NCBI GenBank assembly: GCA_050230475.1
Contig: JBFLGF010000225.1
Coordinates: 1 to 64,000, forward strand
Length of the DNA: 64,000 nucleotides
Direction of reading: 5' to 3'
Origin: Ancylonema sp.
Taxonomy: Eukaryota
Shown here: piece by piece, positions 30,679 to 45,001 of the stretch
How the letters are laid out: each line of letters begins with the position of its first letter
Numbering within the stretch: position 1 is the stretch's first letter
The notes under the pieces: generated by a model
What the model was told of the DNA's origin: nothing
The model's input: only the letters and a program-made list of their open reading frames with translations
Database searches by the model: none
Translations under genes and position numbers: made by a program

Positions 30679-32335
30679 CTGGCTTGCTTGTGATAGAATA
30701 ACAAATATTGCAGGAGTGTCAGGCCAAAAGATATCCTATCCTGCAACTCCTTCGGATTGGCAATTGCCTTCTTGCAACAAAGAGATGGACTGATCAAGAA
30801 TCGGTGTAGCCAAGTGTTAGGTGCTGCATCTCTGTCGTTTATGCAAAGCTGAAAAGGACTGCTGCAACGGTAAATACAACTTTCACATGTTTGTATTTCA
30901 TTGACTGGCCAGTGTGAGGTCGTAACTAGATTCAGCGATGCTACAACGCAAGTATCGCACTAAAGTTCCAAAGAGGACTGCCGACAATAACTCGCAGTTT
31001 CTCTGACTGCCTGAATGTCTTTTAGTTGACATTTCCCGGCGTCCAAACGACAGTCACAATTCTTCTGTTTCAATCTTTTTTGCATCGTAGGACAGCAGAC
31101 AATGATTTTTAAGAAGCTCATGCATGCATAAAAAAGGGAAACCTCAAAGCGAACAGAAAATTGATGTTCTATTTCGAACAGCAACGGTTGCAACATACGT
31201 GATACGGGAGAACAGATCGTCGTCAACTGTAAGTGATGTTTTTTATGGCGCACGCGAGCAGTGCGAGGGAAGCAAGTAGAATGTAAAAAATGTAGCACTC
31301 TGAAGCTAATATTCGATTGTAAACTGGAGCAATGTTGAGGTTTTTGCATACGGAGCAGCAAAATATACAAAAATTCCTGTAGACAGACACGGACTATTCG
31401 CGGTATTGTTAGTTTCTCTTCGTTTTACATAACCTACAAAGAATATCGTAAAACAGATTTAGCACGAAGATGTACTTGCCTGAGTGGCTCTTGCTCTCCA
31501 GGGCATGAAATGTGACGCATAAATGGAACAGATAATAAATCACGATGTAAAATGCAGGCAACAATTTCCTGAACACAGTTACCGCAGGAAGCAAATCAGG
31601 CTTTGTCCCGGCGGTCCATGCAAGGTACATCACGCAAACGCCGATGACGTCAGTTTCCCAGTGTGTGTCACCGGCGGTGACGGGCAGCTTGACACGTCCC
31701 CCCCTCGATACTAAATCCCAGATTGGGTGGGGCCACAAGCGTTCTCACTCATTATTTTCAGATGCCTGATGCAGAAACACAATTTCGCCAAAAGATTCAA
31801 TCTGGCGGTTTGCTTCTGCCGAGGATCGCCATCTTCTGCCACCCCCAGAAAACTTGGTGCAATCCTTGCGCCACCTTCCACTTTCGTTGTAGTGGATCTG
31901 GCGAAACCTTTTCATCCCCAGTAGCTCGAGTTGCGAGACAGGAGAAGCAAAAAGATACTCGTGCCCCATTTGGCGGAACCACCTACAGCTACCAGCTTGC
32001 ATTTGAAACTCTCTCCTCATGTACGATACCTGGACTGGAAAAATACTAAGCTCTGGTTAATATTTGAATTTAATCACACATTTGACATGTAGGAAGAGAG
32101 TGTTGTAAGAATGTAAATTACAAGGCATCATATGTTCGGACACTTGCCACGTGACACTCGTTTATCCCTTAATTTATGCTATTTTTATTCAAAAACCGAA
32201 TCGGTTTCTTGCCCATCAGACCGTGGACGGACCTTTGTAGTCATCCACGTGACCGCCAGTGCTTCGTGAGCTATTGTCTGAGCTGGCACGAACATCTCCT
32301 ATCTGAGTCTTAGCCTGTAGAATCAAGTATAAGCC

Positions 32336-33463
32336 ATGTACGGCTCTACGTGGGACTCCGGAAGCAAATACGGCTACAGTGATATTGAGACCTCTGTAGA
32401 CGCCACGTCTCTGCGATGGAGATTCGCTCAGAAGGTGAGGTTAATACCGTGCCGGTATCCGTTCTTCGATTATGTAAAATATCCTTCTTATACCGTTGAA
32501 ATGACGTGAGTAAGAAATCATATATATCTTTAAACACAATGTTTTAAACTTACAAAAACAAATCCGAGTCTGAGCTGTCACACCTGATAATTTGCGGCCA
32601 CAAGTAAATTTCGAAACATTGTTCCGTATTTAAAAACGAATGCGTCCTGATCTCCTGTCTGCAACAATCCATAGCATGGTTGCTTCGTGGAAGCCACAAA
32701 ATAGTGACGACTGATAGAGGCCAACATGCATTTTTTCTTAATCTGTTGAACTGTATAGACAAGCCATTATTTTATCAATCTCCCGCCATCATACTGTTGT
32801 ATATGAATTCTACCAAATCTCTCGACCTCCCACCCCAAGAGCGAGTTGTTCCTTTCAGTGCCTCTCTGCAGAGTGAGCAGTGCAAACCAGCGGCCTCCTC
32901 CGTCCATTTCTCAGAAGTCTGGTTCAATGCAGTGACTCATTCTTTCAACTGTTCCGTCAAGGTTGACCTTATAGTGGTTGGTCGGTTGTCGGTTGGTCGG
33001 TTGGTCGGTTGGTCGGTGACAGGTTTACGGCATCCTGAGTGTCCAACTCATGCTTACCATGGCAGTGGCTGGGGTGGTATACTATACTGATTCTATTCGC
33101 CAGTTTGCGCTGGGCACCCCAGTATTGCCTCTAGTCCTCGGAATCTGCCCTCTCATCTGTGAGTCTCCACCGCAGCAGCCAGTAGGGTCACAGGATCACA
33201 TGTGCGAAAATGATTTGGGATGGTAGTATATGCCAGTCTAATTCCGGATTCCTTCACACCTTTCTGATGTAATTATAGAAGAGTCTCAAGTCCGAAATGC
33301 ACTTCCACTCATCACATATGCTCAGCAAATTGCACAAAACTTTTACATACGAATAAATGTGAACCACGGAACATATTATGCGTGGACTGGGGTATCCGAA
33401 TATATAAAAACATACATACATTCATATACATTCATACGTGTGTACACACACACATACATGCAC

Positions 33464-33502
<39 letters not shown>

Positions 33503-34790
33503 AATTTATATGTATCTACATCTGAGTATGTGAACACGTCATGGTATTCGATGTGCGAATAGAACTTGTTAATCCCAGCCGACCGACCGACCAACCTACC
33601 AACTTATTCCCATCCCTGCGGTTGGCACAGTGCTGTGTGCTCTCTCTGCGTACCGCCACGCCCATCCCACCAACGTCATACTGCTCGGCCTCCTCACAGT
33701 CACCACCGCGCTGACAGTGGGGCTGGCATGCGCGTTCACGCCAGGTCAGCAACCGCACCTGCTGACTCAGCATGGCCCATTAAAATCCAAATCACACCCC
33801 CACACGCGCAGCACAATGAACGTGCGACCACACCCCAAAACTCCCCTCTTTTAATAACTCCTCTCCCTCTACCATCCACCTCCTCCCCACCTATCCCCCC
33901 GTGCTCCCCCCCCTCGCTCAGGGAGGGAGGGAGGGAGGGAGTGCAGGTGACGTTGTGGTGGAGGCTCTGGTGCTGACAGCTGGCGCCATGGTGGCTCTCA
34001 CTGCCTTCACCTACTGGGCGGGGGGGCAGGGGTGTGATTTCTCCTTCTTGGGCCCTTGTCTGTTTGTGGCCGCAATTGTACTCCTCCTGTGGAGCTTCAT
34101 TCAGGTGGCCACAACCCCCCCCTCCCCTACAACCATCTCAATCAGAATCATGACTGCATTTTTTTTTTTATCTTTCTTCGTTCTTATCCATTCTGATATC
34201 ACACTCGTATTTGTACTCGTATTCGTGTTCGTATTCGTATTCGTATTCGTATTCGTGTTTGTGTTTGTGTTCCTGTTCGTGTTCGTGTTCGTATTCGTAT
34301 GGCATATCCTGATTCCATCCTTCTCGATCTTATCTCTACTTCTCTTCTCACTTTCATCCCGTTTTCTTCTCTTTTATTTACCTTGTCTGAACAAAGCTCC
34401 TCATATCGATTCTGATAATACTCACACATTCTAAGTTCAAACTCAGTATTCGATACCTTCAGTCGTGACTGTCGCTTTAAAACCCTAAATTTTAATACAG
34501 GACCCCTCTACATATACCCTCTTCTAGGAACCTGTAGTGCTCGATTGTATTCTCTAGCTTGTCTCCACCCCCTGTACTACGACATCAGAACCCTCCAAAT
34601 CAATAATCTATGATACACTTCAAGGCCCCCCGGCAGCCTACTCAAGGGTAGGCTTGTGGCAGCAGTGAGGGTGGTTCCGTATCTGTTGTTATAATAAAGT
34701 TGTTATAATAAAGGGTGGAGAGTGGGGGAGGTTCTATTTTGCGAAAGAAGAGATGGAAAGATGGGATATCTTTACTATCGTTCTGCCCAG

Positions 34791-34848
<58 letters not shown>

Positions 34849-34951
34849 TACATATATACATATATGCATATAAACATATATATATATGCATATATACATA
34901 TATATATATATACACACGATTCGGTACATATATGAGAGTGACCGCTGATAG

Positions 34952-34986
<35 letters not shown>

Positions 34987-35244
34987 CACTTTGTATGTGA
35001 TTTCTCCCCACCCTCCTCCTCTTTGCAGATATTTTTCCCGCTAGGTCATAGCGGGCGTGTCGTCTTCTCTCTCCTTGCAACCCTCATCTGCAGCGCTTAC
35101 ATCATCTACGACACCGACAACTTGCTGAACCATTACAACATGGACGAATACATTTGGGCGTCGGTGGCCATCTACATCGATGTTGTCAACTTGTTTCTAA
35201 ATCTTTTGAATCTTCTGAGGGGACGAGCGGGAGGTGGAGATTGA
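32336..35244 (+). CDS. Bax inhibitor-1 family / Lifeguard (TMBIM) membrane protein
   Basis: 5 exons (32336-32434, 33023-33158, about 33631-33743, 33947-34104, 35029-35244); [64 protein letters not shown]. Confidence 0.93.
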
Positions 35245-36052
35245 GGTGCGGGAATTATGCATGATTAGGGCATGCACAAAATCAATGTTTGTACTGGTCC
35301 CCAAGGGATACTGTGCGGAATCGCATGGCACAAAATATGATTTTTTTTTTGGCGTGGCACGAGGTGATGCGAGCGCGTCAATTCTTTTCGGAATAAAAAT
35401 GCGTTTTAAAAATTTAGATTATCATGCACATGTAGATCATAATGATCTAAAAGAACAAGGGGTGGAACGAGGTGGAAATTGGTTTCTTGGACTTTGGTTA
35501 GTGCTATTTCGTAGTTCGTGATCCCAATTTCCTATTTCTTTGAACAAATTTGGCACTTCGCATCAGGGAGTGCTTGGTCAACCTTAACGGGATTTTGAAC
35601 GGGATTGGAATATCGACATGAATGTGAAGGTGTATGGACTAATACGAACACAAAGCAAACGTAGTTTTACAGGGTCGCATGACAACATCGCAAACTCATG
35701 TTTCACGGCATGTGGCAAGTTTCTGAAGAGCACGAGTTATTTCATGAATTGACATCGTTAAATCCAGCTCGTTAGTTTTCTCGCCCTATCCTCTGGCCTA
35801 CCATCAGACGCAATCAGGTAATCGACACGTGAGCAACCCCTTCATCTAGAATCCACGCGTCGCACCTGCGCAATTCACCACTCCGTGCCGCTTGCAGGCA
35901 CGCTGCCATCCCGAACAAAATATTGTCTCTCGCACACGATATCGGTGATAGTGACGCGACGGCATCAACGTCGATGATCGACGCCCTCGGCCATGGCCAC
36001 GTCGATATGATGGATGGCCATCTGACGCGGTCAGCATTTCCGCCCTCCGACC

Positions 36053-39000
36053 ATGAATACTGGCAGATCCCAGATGCGCCGCGCCAATAGCAGCAGCGCC
36101 GGCTTTGAACCCCCAGAGCCCACCTGCTCCGCCCCCAGCCCTAGCTGGGGCGAAGTGGGTGGCAGTGGGGGAAGAGGTGACCACCTCCCGACTCACCGCT
36201 CCTCATCGCACGCTCGAACCAACCGCTATGCGACACATTCCCTCAACTCGTTTCGTCGATGGAATTTGAGGGCCAGAATGCTCCTCTGCGCTCCACCTGT
36301 CGCTCTCCTGTTTCTCACCCTCACATTGGTGATTCTTCAAGGGGGGGATGCCAAAACCCTAAACCTGCGACAGCTCCTGGATGCTCCCACAGACAATCGA
36401 ACGCACTTCGCTTTGATTATCGATGCTGGCAGCTCAGGCTCGCGCCTCCATGTGTTTCTACATACTGCCTCCCTTAGTTCCGACCTCCCCCACGTCCTGC
36501 CAGGCTCGCAATCCCTCCAAATCCGGCCCGGTTTGTCGTTTTATGCAACCTCGCCGGAATCTGCGGGAGTTTCGCTGGCCCCTCTCCTCGAATTTGCCCG
36601 AAACCACGTCCCCATCGACCTCCGGATCCATACGCCGCTCTATCTCATGGCGACAGCTGGCCTGCGGTTGGTGTCCGAGGAGGCTGCGGAGTCGATTCTG
36701 CAGTCCTGTCGGGTCGCTATGGAGGGGTCAGGGTTTATGGTGGACCCCACAGATGGCGCGGCTGTTATATCGGGTATGGGAATTCGTTTACATGTGGGAT
36801 CAGGATTTGGTGACTATGGGTTGAGGATTTAGGGTTTAGAGTGTAGCATTTAGGGTTAGGAGTTTAAAATTCAGGGTGTAGAGATCGAGGTCCAGGGTTG
36901 TGAGTGTGGGGTCACGGTTTCGGGTTCCGAATTTTTTCTTGAGATTGCCGCGCAGAATCACTTCAGTGTGAGAAGTGCACACGAAACCCATGGCTTTCTA
37001 CGTTTCGCGAGTGTGTATGTATTCGGTGCATACATGCGTCCGCCTGTATGACCGGCCCCATTCACAACCAGATCCATTGTACCTGGACGCGTCTGCAGGT
37101 GTCTGGGAAGGGTTGTACGGGTGGGTAGCAGCCAACTACGCCACTGGACAGCTGGGCCAAAACCCTAACAACACGACCGGAATCGTAGAGCTTGGAGGGG
37201 CCTCTACTCAGGTACCGCCCCCCCCTGGGTCGGTTTGGAATCGCAGGTGGTATCTGTGGGTGGGGAAGAACGACCTACGGACATTTCATTGGGGGTGCCA
37301 GGTCACCTTTGTGCCAGACTCGCTGGAGGCGGTGCCAGGTGGCGAGGTGCAAGTGGTGGAGTTGGCGGGGGTGCGGTACTCGTTGTTCACTCACAGTTTC
37401 CTCAAGTATGGACAGGAAGCTGCCGGGAAAGAGCTGAGCAGGCGACTGATGCTCTCAGGAGGTTGGGTCGCATCCTTAGAACTCTAAAAACCTAAAACCC
37501 TAGAACCCGGAAGGCCTTAAACCCTTCAACCTCGAAACCCTGAGACCCTCAGACCTTAAAACCCAAAAACCTTAAAACCCTACAACCCTAAAGCCCTGAA
37601 ACCCTGAAACCTCAAACCACAAGATCCTTAATATTAACATGTGTGCACCCATCACCCTCCAACCCTCCAACCCTCCAACCCTCCAACCCTCCAACCCTCC
37701 AACCCTTCCCAAACCCTAAACCACGTCCCCTTTAATCCCCATTTGAATCCTTACATCCGTCAGTCCTCACATCCCTATCCTTTTCAATCTTTCAACCTTG
37801 CACCCCATGTGCCCTCCACCCCCGCGTGCATTATTCTGAGGTGTAATTTTCCATCTGTTATGGAGCTTGAGACTGGGCGTTGTGAATACGAAGATCAGGG
37901 GTGTGGGTTGAGCACAGACTTGAAACCCTAAGTGAGGGTACACAGTGACAGTATATTGGCAGGGTGTTTCTGGGAGAGGTTGCAACAACCCCCCCCTTTC
38001 TTTCCCTCCCTCGCAACCCCTCCTTTATCAGGCCAGTCAAGGCCGTTTTTAGGGTTTTTCTCACTTCTTTTTCCCCCTGCTACTCTGGTCGCATTCAGGT
38101 CCGTCAGAAATGGAATTCCGCGGATCAGACCCCTGCCACCATAAGGGTTACGATTTCGGCTCAGAATCCCGCCATCTTGCAGCCTTAGAAGGGACGGGGG
38201 AGGCTACCCCCCACCTCCCTTCTCTGCAGGGGGGGGGCAACTTCTCTCTGTGTCGACAGGTGGCAGCCCAGATGCTGGCGGTGGGGAGAGGTGGGGGGGC
38301 TGGGGGGAGGGGAGGGGAGGGGAGGGTTGGAGGTGGGAGGTGGTGGAGCGGGGTGGTAGGAGTAAGATCTTAAAGTGGGGAGGTGGGTGTGATGTATGGG
38401 TGAGAAGTGAGGGGGGCGGAGTTTCGAATTTGTTATGGCCAAGGGCCAAGGGAGGTAGGTTGAAAGGTGTGTGGGACTGCTGGCTGGTGGGATTTCTGGT
38501 CGGTTGGCTGAGAAGTTGCGGTGAAGTTGCGGTGCAGACAGGTGTGCGCATGTGAGTGGGTGTGCTATCGGATCGACTTTTGTGCCGCCCCTCCTCGGCT
38601 CCTTTTTCGCGACCGAAAACTTTGTCCACACTGCCCGGGTAAGGGGAGGTGGCACGAGGGATACGGTGCCCTTTTCTTGCCAACGGAGTGTCGATGCATC
38701 TGGACAGGCGTTGGGTCTAGGTGAATGATCAGGTACAGGTACGCAGGATACCAACGATTTACACACATGTGTGGCCCCCTTTCCTGGCAGTTTCTCGACC
38801 TCGCCCCATCTGCTGTGCTGGCAGATGTGGTGACAGCTGGCACTCATCTGTGCTCTCAGGAGTGGAGTGAGGTGGCGGCTGCCAACAGTGGGGTTGCTGC
38901 GATGGAGGTCGCCAAGTATTGCTTCTCATCGGCGTACATTGTGGCCTTGTTGCACGATGCGTTGGGGGTGGGGATGGAGGACGATAGGTAACTTCTGCAA

Positions 39001-39469
39001 TCGATGCTTTTTTTTTTTCTTTTTTTTTTTTCCTGCTGCAATTGTGGTGTGAGTGGGGAACGGTAATAAATAGGTAATTGAATGGCGAAGAATAGAAAAA
39101 AGTGAAAGAGAAAGAAACAAGAGGTGATCGTTATCTACATTGTGCACTCGTCCCCTTACTCTTGTTCTTGTTTTGCACAGGGTGCGGTTCAACAATAGAG
39201 TGGGAAACGTGTCCTTCGATTGGCCGTTAGGGGCGTTGATCATCAAACTGGCGGCCGCACAACGTCAACAAGAAGGGCGAGGGTTTGAATCCGTGGACGG
39301 GTTGGGAGGTTGGGTGTTATTGGTGCTCGGAATGGTTGGGGTCGGTTGGGCAGCCGTATGCGGTTGGTGTTTGTTTTGCGGAAAAAACGACGAAGTCTTC
39401 AAAACGGGAATGGTTGTTGCTGTCGAAACCGGAAAGTATTTGTGGAAAGGACGCGGAAGGTCACATTGA
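36053..39469 (+). CDS. Apyrase (GDA1/CD39 NTPDase) with N- and C-terminal TM segments
   Basis: 7 exons; ACR motifs IIDAGSSGSRLHVF, MATAGLR, ISG.WEGLYGW, ELGGASTQV, DWPLGA. Confidence 0.95.
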
Positions 39470-40038
39470 CACATTTTCTATTTTTATAATTTCATCATTC
39501 TTATCATGTTTTTCATTTTTATCCTCCTTTTAACTCTCCAGATTTAACTCCACATTATTTCGGCGATATTATAATGAGATAGAGGCAAAGTAGGTTTAGA
39601 ACAATGTATGCCACTCCTCTCTTGTTGATCTGATAGGTACCCTTTTTTGTTTCATAGCTTAGATGTGAGCTTTGTTTCCATATCAGAAACCGGGTCTGAA
39701 ATTTTGGTATCGATTAGAACAATCCTTATTTTGGAGGTGAGATTAGTTCCACATTAGAAACTGGGTTTGTAACACCACTCTCGATTAGAACGATCTCCAT
39801 TTTGAAATTGAGATCAGTCGACAATTGACCAAGCCTTGTACTTATTTGGAGACCGACTTGGTTGACTCAAGTAAAGAAAGAGGCAGTCTAGCACGAGATT
39901 TTTGCAACCGAGATGCATGTGGGGTGCTTGAATCCATTGTCTTTATCCACGATTGACCATCTTCATCCCGGCTCATGGCATGCATCGTGTGTGTAGAACA
40001 ACCTCGACTCAAACATGATTGTTGAGGGGGGTCTAAGA

Positions 40039-40268
<230 letters not shown>

Positions 40269-41124
40269 TCTTTTTTTAAAAAAAATTTAATTTTAATTCG
40301 ATTTTTCGATTTTTCGATTTTTCGTCGTTTTATTAAAAGGTTCCGAAATACGAACGATACTCTCATGCATCCTTGCTCCTTTCGCTTGATATCAAATTGA
40401 GACTGCTTGAAACATTATCTAAACCGAAAATTCATGATCTTCGGAGTATTGGATTGGCAACATTTTGGTTTCTACAAAAGTGAAATGGATTACGGTTGAA
40501 TATTTATATTCATCGCATGTGCGTGCGCTTCCATTGCATTGTATCGATTTCTAACTTCTCCAACCGTCAATTGCAAGGTTCAATGCATGCAACACAAGTG
40601 GCAAAGTGAAGCACGTTCAATGGTAGTGTGAGATTCCTCATGCGGGATACATGTGGGACCGGATATCATTATTACAATGTAGGAGTTATTCCGCTCCAAA
40701 AATCGTTGTACGATTTATATGATTGTTGTACGATGCCGTACCTCCACCTTCAAGATCGCACCTTCTTCACGATCTTCAAACCTTATCTGCAAGCGCGAAA
40801 GCATAAATTTCGGGTTACAATTGTGCGACGGCCATCTGTTCGGTCCATATGTGCACTTGTAGGTTCTTGTGTGTACAAGCGTCTACGTCCACAATGAAGA
40901 CGACAGTCTATTCGTTATTATATACAAAAAACCACTTTGTTTGTGAAAATATGTTGCATATTAGGGACTAGGAGTAATTGGAAGATTGCCCAAGTCCCAA
41001 CTCGGAACAAGAGTAAAATATTCCGTATGAGGAGTTAATATTGGTGAGGAGTATTCCGCTTGAGAGGTTTTATTGTACAAAGCTATATCTCTGCGTGCAT
41101 ATCACCAATTATTAAAAGTGTTTG

Positions 41125-41419
41125 TGTTAGGGCGCAATGCGTGAATTGCGTCTTAGCTTAGAGAAGCAAGTACACACACACTAAGTACTCAAGTGAAGTG
41201 GAATGAAGCACTAAGTAGTCAATAAGTACATGAGTTGTTAGGAGCAAATGTAGTGTAGCTCCTAACGTGTATTTCTAGTAACTAGGATGAAATCGCAAGA
41301 TGGAATAACTACACACTCTTCACTAGAAGCACAACTGTAATCTAGTCTAGAAGCACACTAGTGCGGGTTAGGCACACTTACTAGAGAAGCACTAGTGACT
41401 AGAGGAAGTGGTCTGAACA
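41125..41419 (-). mobile_element. Solo LTR related to the LTRs of the 2.2-kb element
   Basis: TG..CA ends; TSD GTTTG at 41120-41124 and 41420-41424. The reverse complement begins TGTTCAGACCACTTCCTCTAGTCACTAGTGCT, versus TGTTAGGACCACTCCCTATAGTCACTAGTGCT at 1507. Confidence 0.9.
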
Positions 41420-42130
41420 GTTTGTGTGGATAGCATACTTATTGTTTCTCGATTCTTTGTGACATACAAATCAGAAGTGAGAAACACTCAATTACTTGCA
41501 AAGGCTGTGTGTGCCCCCTAGTTTGTAATGCGGTCTGTCACTTAAAAGTTGTGAGAGTTTAGTCGTAGGATACATTCGATGGATAGTTTGGTCACGATAC
41601 TTCTTGGATGGCATAAATTATCGCTATAATGTGCTTAATGATTTGATATTGCAATTTTTTCCCCTTCCTACTCATACAACACACAAATGCCCTAAACTTT
41701 TGACATTGAATTCTTCACCATGTTTTCCGACACATGATGCAAACTATTTGATATACAGTCCGTGGTCATCATAAAACTAGCATCCACATAACAACCTTAC
41801 AATAGAGGAACATTGGTAAACTTCTACATCATAAAGGGACACACATTGGTCCTTGACACACTCTACCACTGCTAAAAGGTACATTTGTGAGATTTTTTTG
41901 CATAATGCACCAATGTAAACAATTCTGATTTGTTAACGACCATTCCATGGTCAATAACGGTACGCGAAGTCTACAATCATTGCGTTATGTTTCCCGTGTC
42001 TTCCAAACCTCTCGCACTTGTGCCGACATATGAATGAAAAAATCGACTTTCATTTCCTCCAACCACGCACACGGTTGGTGCGAGACTCATTGCAACGTAA
42101 GCACTTCCGAATCTGATTCGAAGAATCGTA

Positions 42131-42295
42131 TCACACCAGATCATCCCCCCGACCGCAAACCAAAAGTTGAGCATTGGAGTGCCCTCGAACAAACGTATCG
42201 GAGATCTGGTCCATCCAAAGATACACCCACAAACCAGAACAGAATCTTGGGCCACCATTACATGCGCAATCCCCCACACACACACACATATATAC

Positions 42296-42346
<51 letters not shown>

Positions 42347-45001
42347 ACACTAGACCTTTAGAAATTGTGAGCCTCACCCCCAACCAAACTTTCAAATCTC
42401 CACACCCTAACCTCCCAGCCTCCCCACGACTGATTCGTTACATATGCGAAACTGACATTCCCCCTTGATGCTCATCACATCATAAAACACCCTCGACCCT
42501 AGACCCTAGACCATAGATCATAGACCCTACATCTTAACCCTAAAAACCGTGTCCCTGAAACCCTAAACCCTATGCCGTATACCCAATACCCTTTTGCCCA
42601 CCTGCGAGCACCCGTAAATGTCCAATTGCTTCAGCAGTGGACACCTGTCCGCCAGCAGCCCCAGCCCCTCGTTAGACAGGTGTCGGCACCAGGATGCATC
42701 CACCTCCTCCAGAGTCTTTGCGCTGTGAGTGGCTAACGCCACAAGCAGCTCATCCCCAGCCTGCACACGCCAACCCCCACCCTCTCTCAGCTACACTGCT
42801 GTGAAGAGGGGTACAGCTCCAAGCACGCACATGGAATGCTATTATTGCAGCACTCTTGCATAGAGCTCGTTGTATGAAATCATATTATATATGCATACAT
42901 ACATATATACATAAATACATATATACATGTATACATATATATATATATATATATACATATAATCATAATAGTAATAGTAATGATAATAAAAATAACATAT
43001 AATAACACACAATCATATCATTATGTACTCAAAGAATGTATACATATAATCATATCATAAATATAAGTCCTCCCCATCGAAACCAGGTCTTCACTGCCGA
43101 GGGACACCTGGCAGCACTCAAACCTGTCTGACACCTGGCAGTCATCATTGCCTACCTGGCACACCCCGTATGGACCTACAGCACAGCGCCACCTGGCAGT
43201 CCTCCATAGGCTTACCTTGCGGACGGAATTGACGCTCAACTTCCTCAGAGCTCCTCCTGCAACGGCCACAAATGCCGCCAGAGCCGCATCACTGCATCCG
43301 CCCCCCCACCCATCCCAGCCGCCCCAGCCATCAGCCTTGGCTGTGGATAAGAACGAGTACTTAGCCCCCTCTACACAGAGTCTAAGTCGAGGATAGGGGG
43401 TCCCTAGAAAGGGTTAACCACTTTCTCATGGCTTCCGCCCAATCTCCCAATGGGAGGTAATCGATGGGTCCACAAATAAAGGCTGGGTGAGTGGTGGAAA
43501 AGAGGGAGATCTGCTCTGCCTGCCAGGTATCTGGAAAAGCAACTGAAAAGCCTGAAGTTTGGTGTGGGAATCACCTGAAGTGGCCTCGTTTGAGGGAAAG
43601 CGATCGCAGACCTGGACAGCTCTCTGCGAGTCTCCCCAGGGAGATATCGGTGAGCAGAGTGAGGTGATCTAAACAGAGCGATTGCAAGCCCAGACAGAAG
43701 ACCCCCACAGCTGCTATCCCCTCATCCGTCAGAGCCGAGCAGTCAGAGAGGTCCAGGTCCACAAGGGTGGAACCTAGGGCGAGGAGAAGGTTAGAGAGCA
43801 CAGGGGCGGTTATCCCTCCCACATGCGCCAGGGATAGGGTTTGGAGGGTTTTGAGAGGGGTTAGGGCGGGTATGAGGCGGGAACCGTCCAGCTGGGTGCA
43901 CCCGTGGAGAGAGAGCGAAAGAAGATGGGAACCAGTCGCGTCGGCCAGAGCTCTCACGCCTTCTTCTGTTACTAAACAGCAGCTCTGAAGGTCGATGGAT
44001 TTGAGCCCAGGGGCAGCAGCAGCTAGGGAGGAGAGGCCTTTGTTAGAGAGGCGGTAAGCGCCTTGCAAAGCAAGAGTCTGCAGAGCAGGTAGAGAAGCGG
44101 GCCCCGCAGCCAGACTGGCAGAGATAACCGTATCGGAAACACAGCGGCCGCACATGCCCAGCTCCAGGGCCTCCAGCCGCCCCAACTCACAGGTCCCCAA
44201 GGCCTCCAACATCTCTGCTTCCGTGACCAGACTGCAGTCCTTGACGCTGATCTCTGTGGATGCGCCAGCTATCAATAGCTTCAGTGTGGGGGCGTCCATT
44301 TTGCGTCTCTGGCAAATAAGGGCGCTCAAATTGCGCCGAACCACATCTGGAACGCCGTCCATCGACTCCACATATTCCACGTGGTCTGTAACCAACCGGG
44401 TGCACATAGCGAACAAGGTCGGTATACGGAGGGGGCAAAGACGACCGGACAGCATCTCTCCCAACGACCGCGACGGTTTCCAATCGACTGTGGGTGCTGC
44501 GGTCCCTTTTTTACCATCGTCTGCCAGCGCGTCTGCACGAGCCGCAGCTGCTGCCGCTCTGTCCTGGACCAACTTGATGGCTGTGGAAAACGGTCCAGGC
44601 CACGCTCCCGCAGGCTGCGCAACACTTGCGCCACCCTCTGCCTCTCCTTCTCTCATTTCTGCTCTACCCTCGCCTGCCTCATCATCTGCAAAGTGAGCGA
44701 AGTGAGCTGCCCTCCGTCGTGCGATTGCAATGAACCGAGCACGAGCGCGCTCGCCGGCATCAGGTCCAGGGGGCGCATCTTCTCGCCCCCCTGGCCCCTC
44801 CACCTCCTCCACGTCTGAATCAACACGTTCCGCCTCGTTCTCAGAGAGGGGAGGAGACGGTGTTGCGATCCGCTGCCTCTTACGCAGACGAGAAGCGCGT
44901 GCTTCACCCCCAGCCTCGTCTGAGGGTTCAGCAACCGGCGCTGCAGAGCCGTTGGACGTTCCACCAGATCCGCGGCCTCCCTGTCGAGCAGATTTTGCCA
45001 T
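42131..45001 (-). CDS. RAD7/Rhp7-like leucine-rich-repeat (RNI-like) DNA repair protein
   Basis: WPGPFSTA motif, IPTLFAMC, repeated LxxLxLxxC LRRs, LQGAYRLS; 4 exons ending ISDTFVRGHSN...*. The start codon is uncertain. Confidence 0.85.

Noticed and set aside
31409..32049. Overlapping short ORFs between the RING and Lifeguard genes
   Set aside because: No domain similarity or consistent splice model; likely UTR or promoter sequence.
34642..35080. Poly-His, poly-Asp and (YI)n ORFs, and similar ORFs at 23950-24408, 33359-33594 and 41977-42468
   Set aside because: These come from intronic (AT)n and (GAT)n microsatellites.
39682..39820. Degenerate two-copy repeat with a period of about 72 bp (CGATTAGAAC)
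   Set aside because: Too short and diverged to assign; no termini or TSD.
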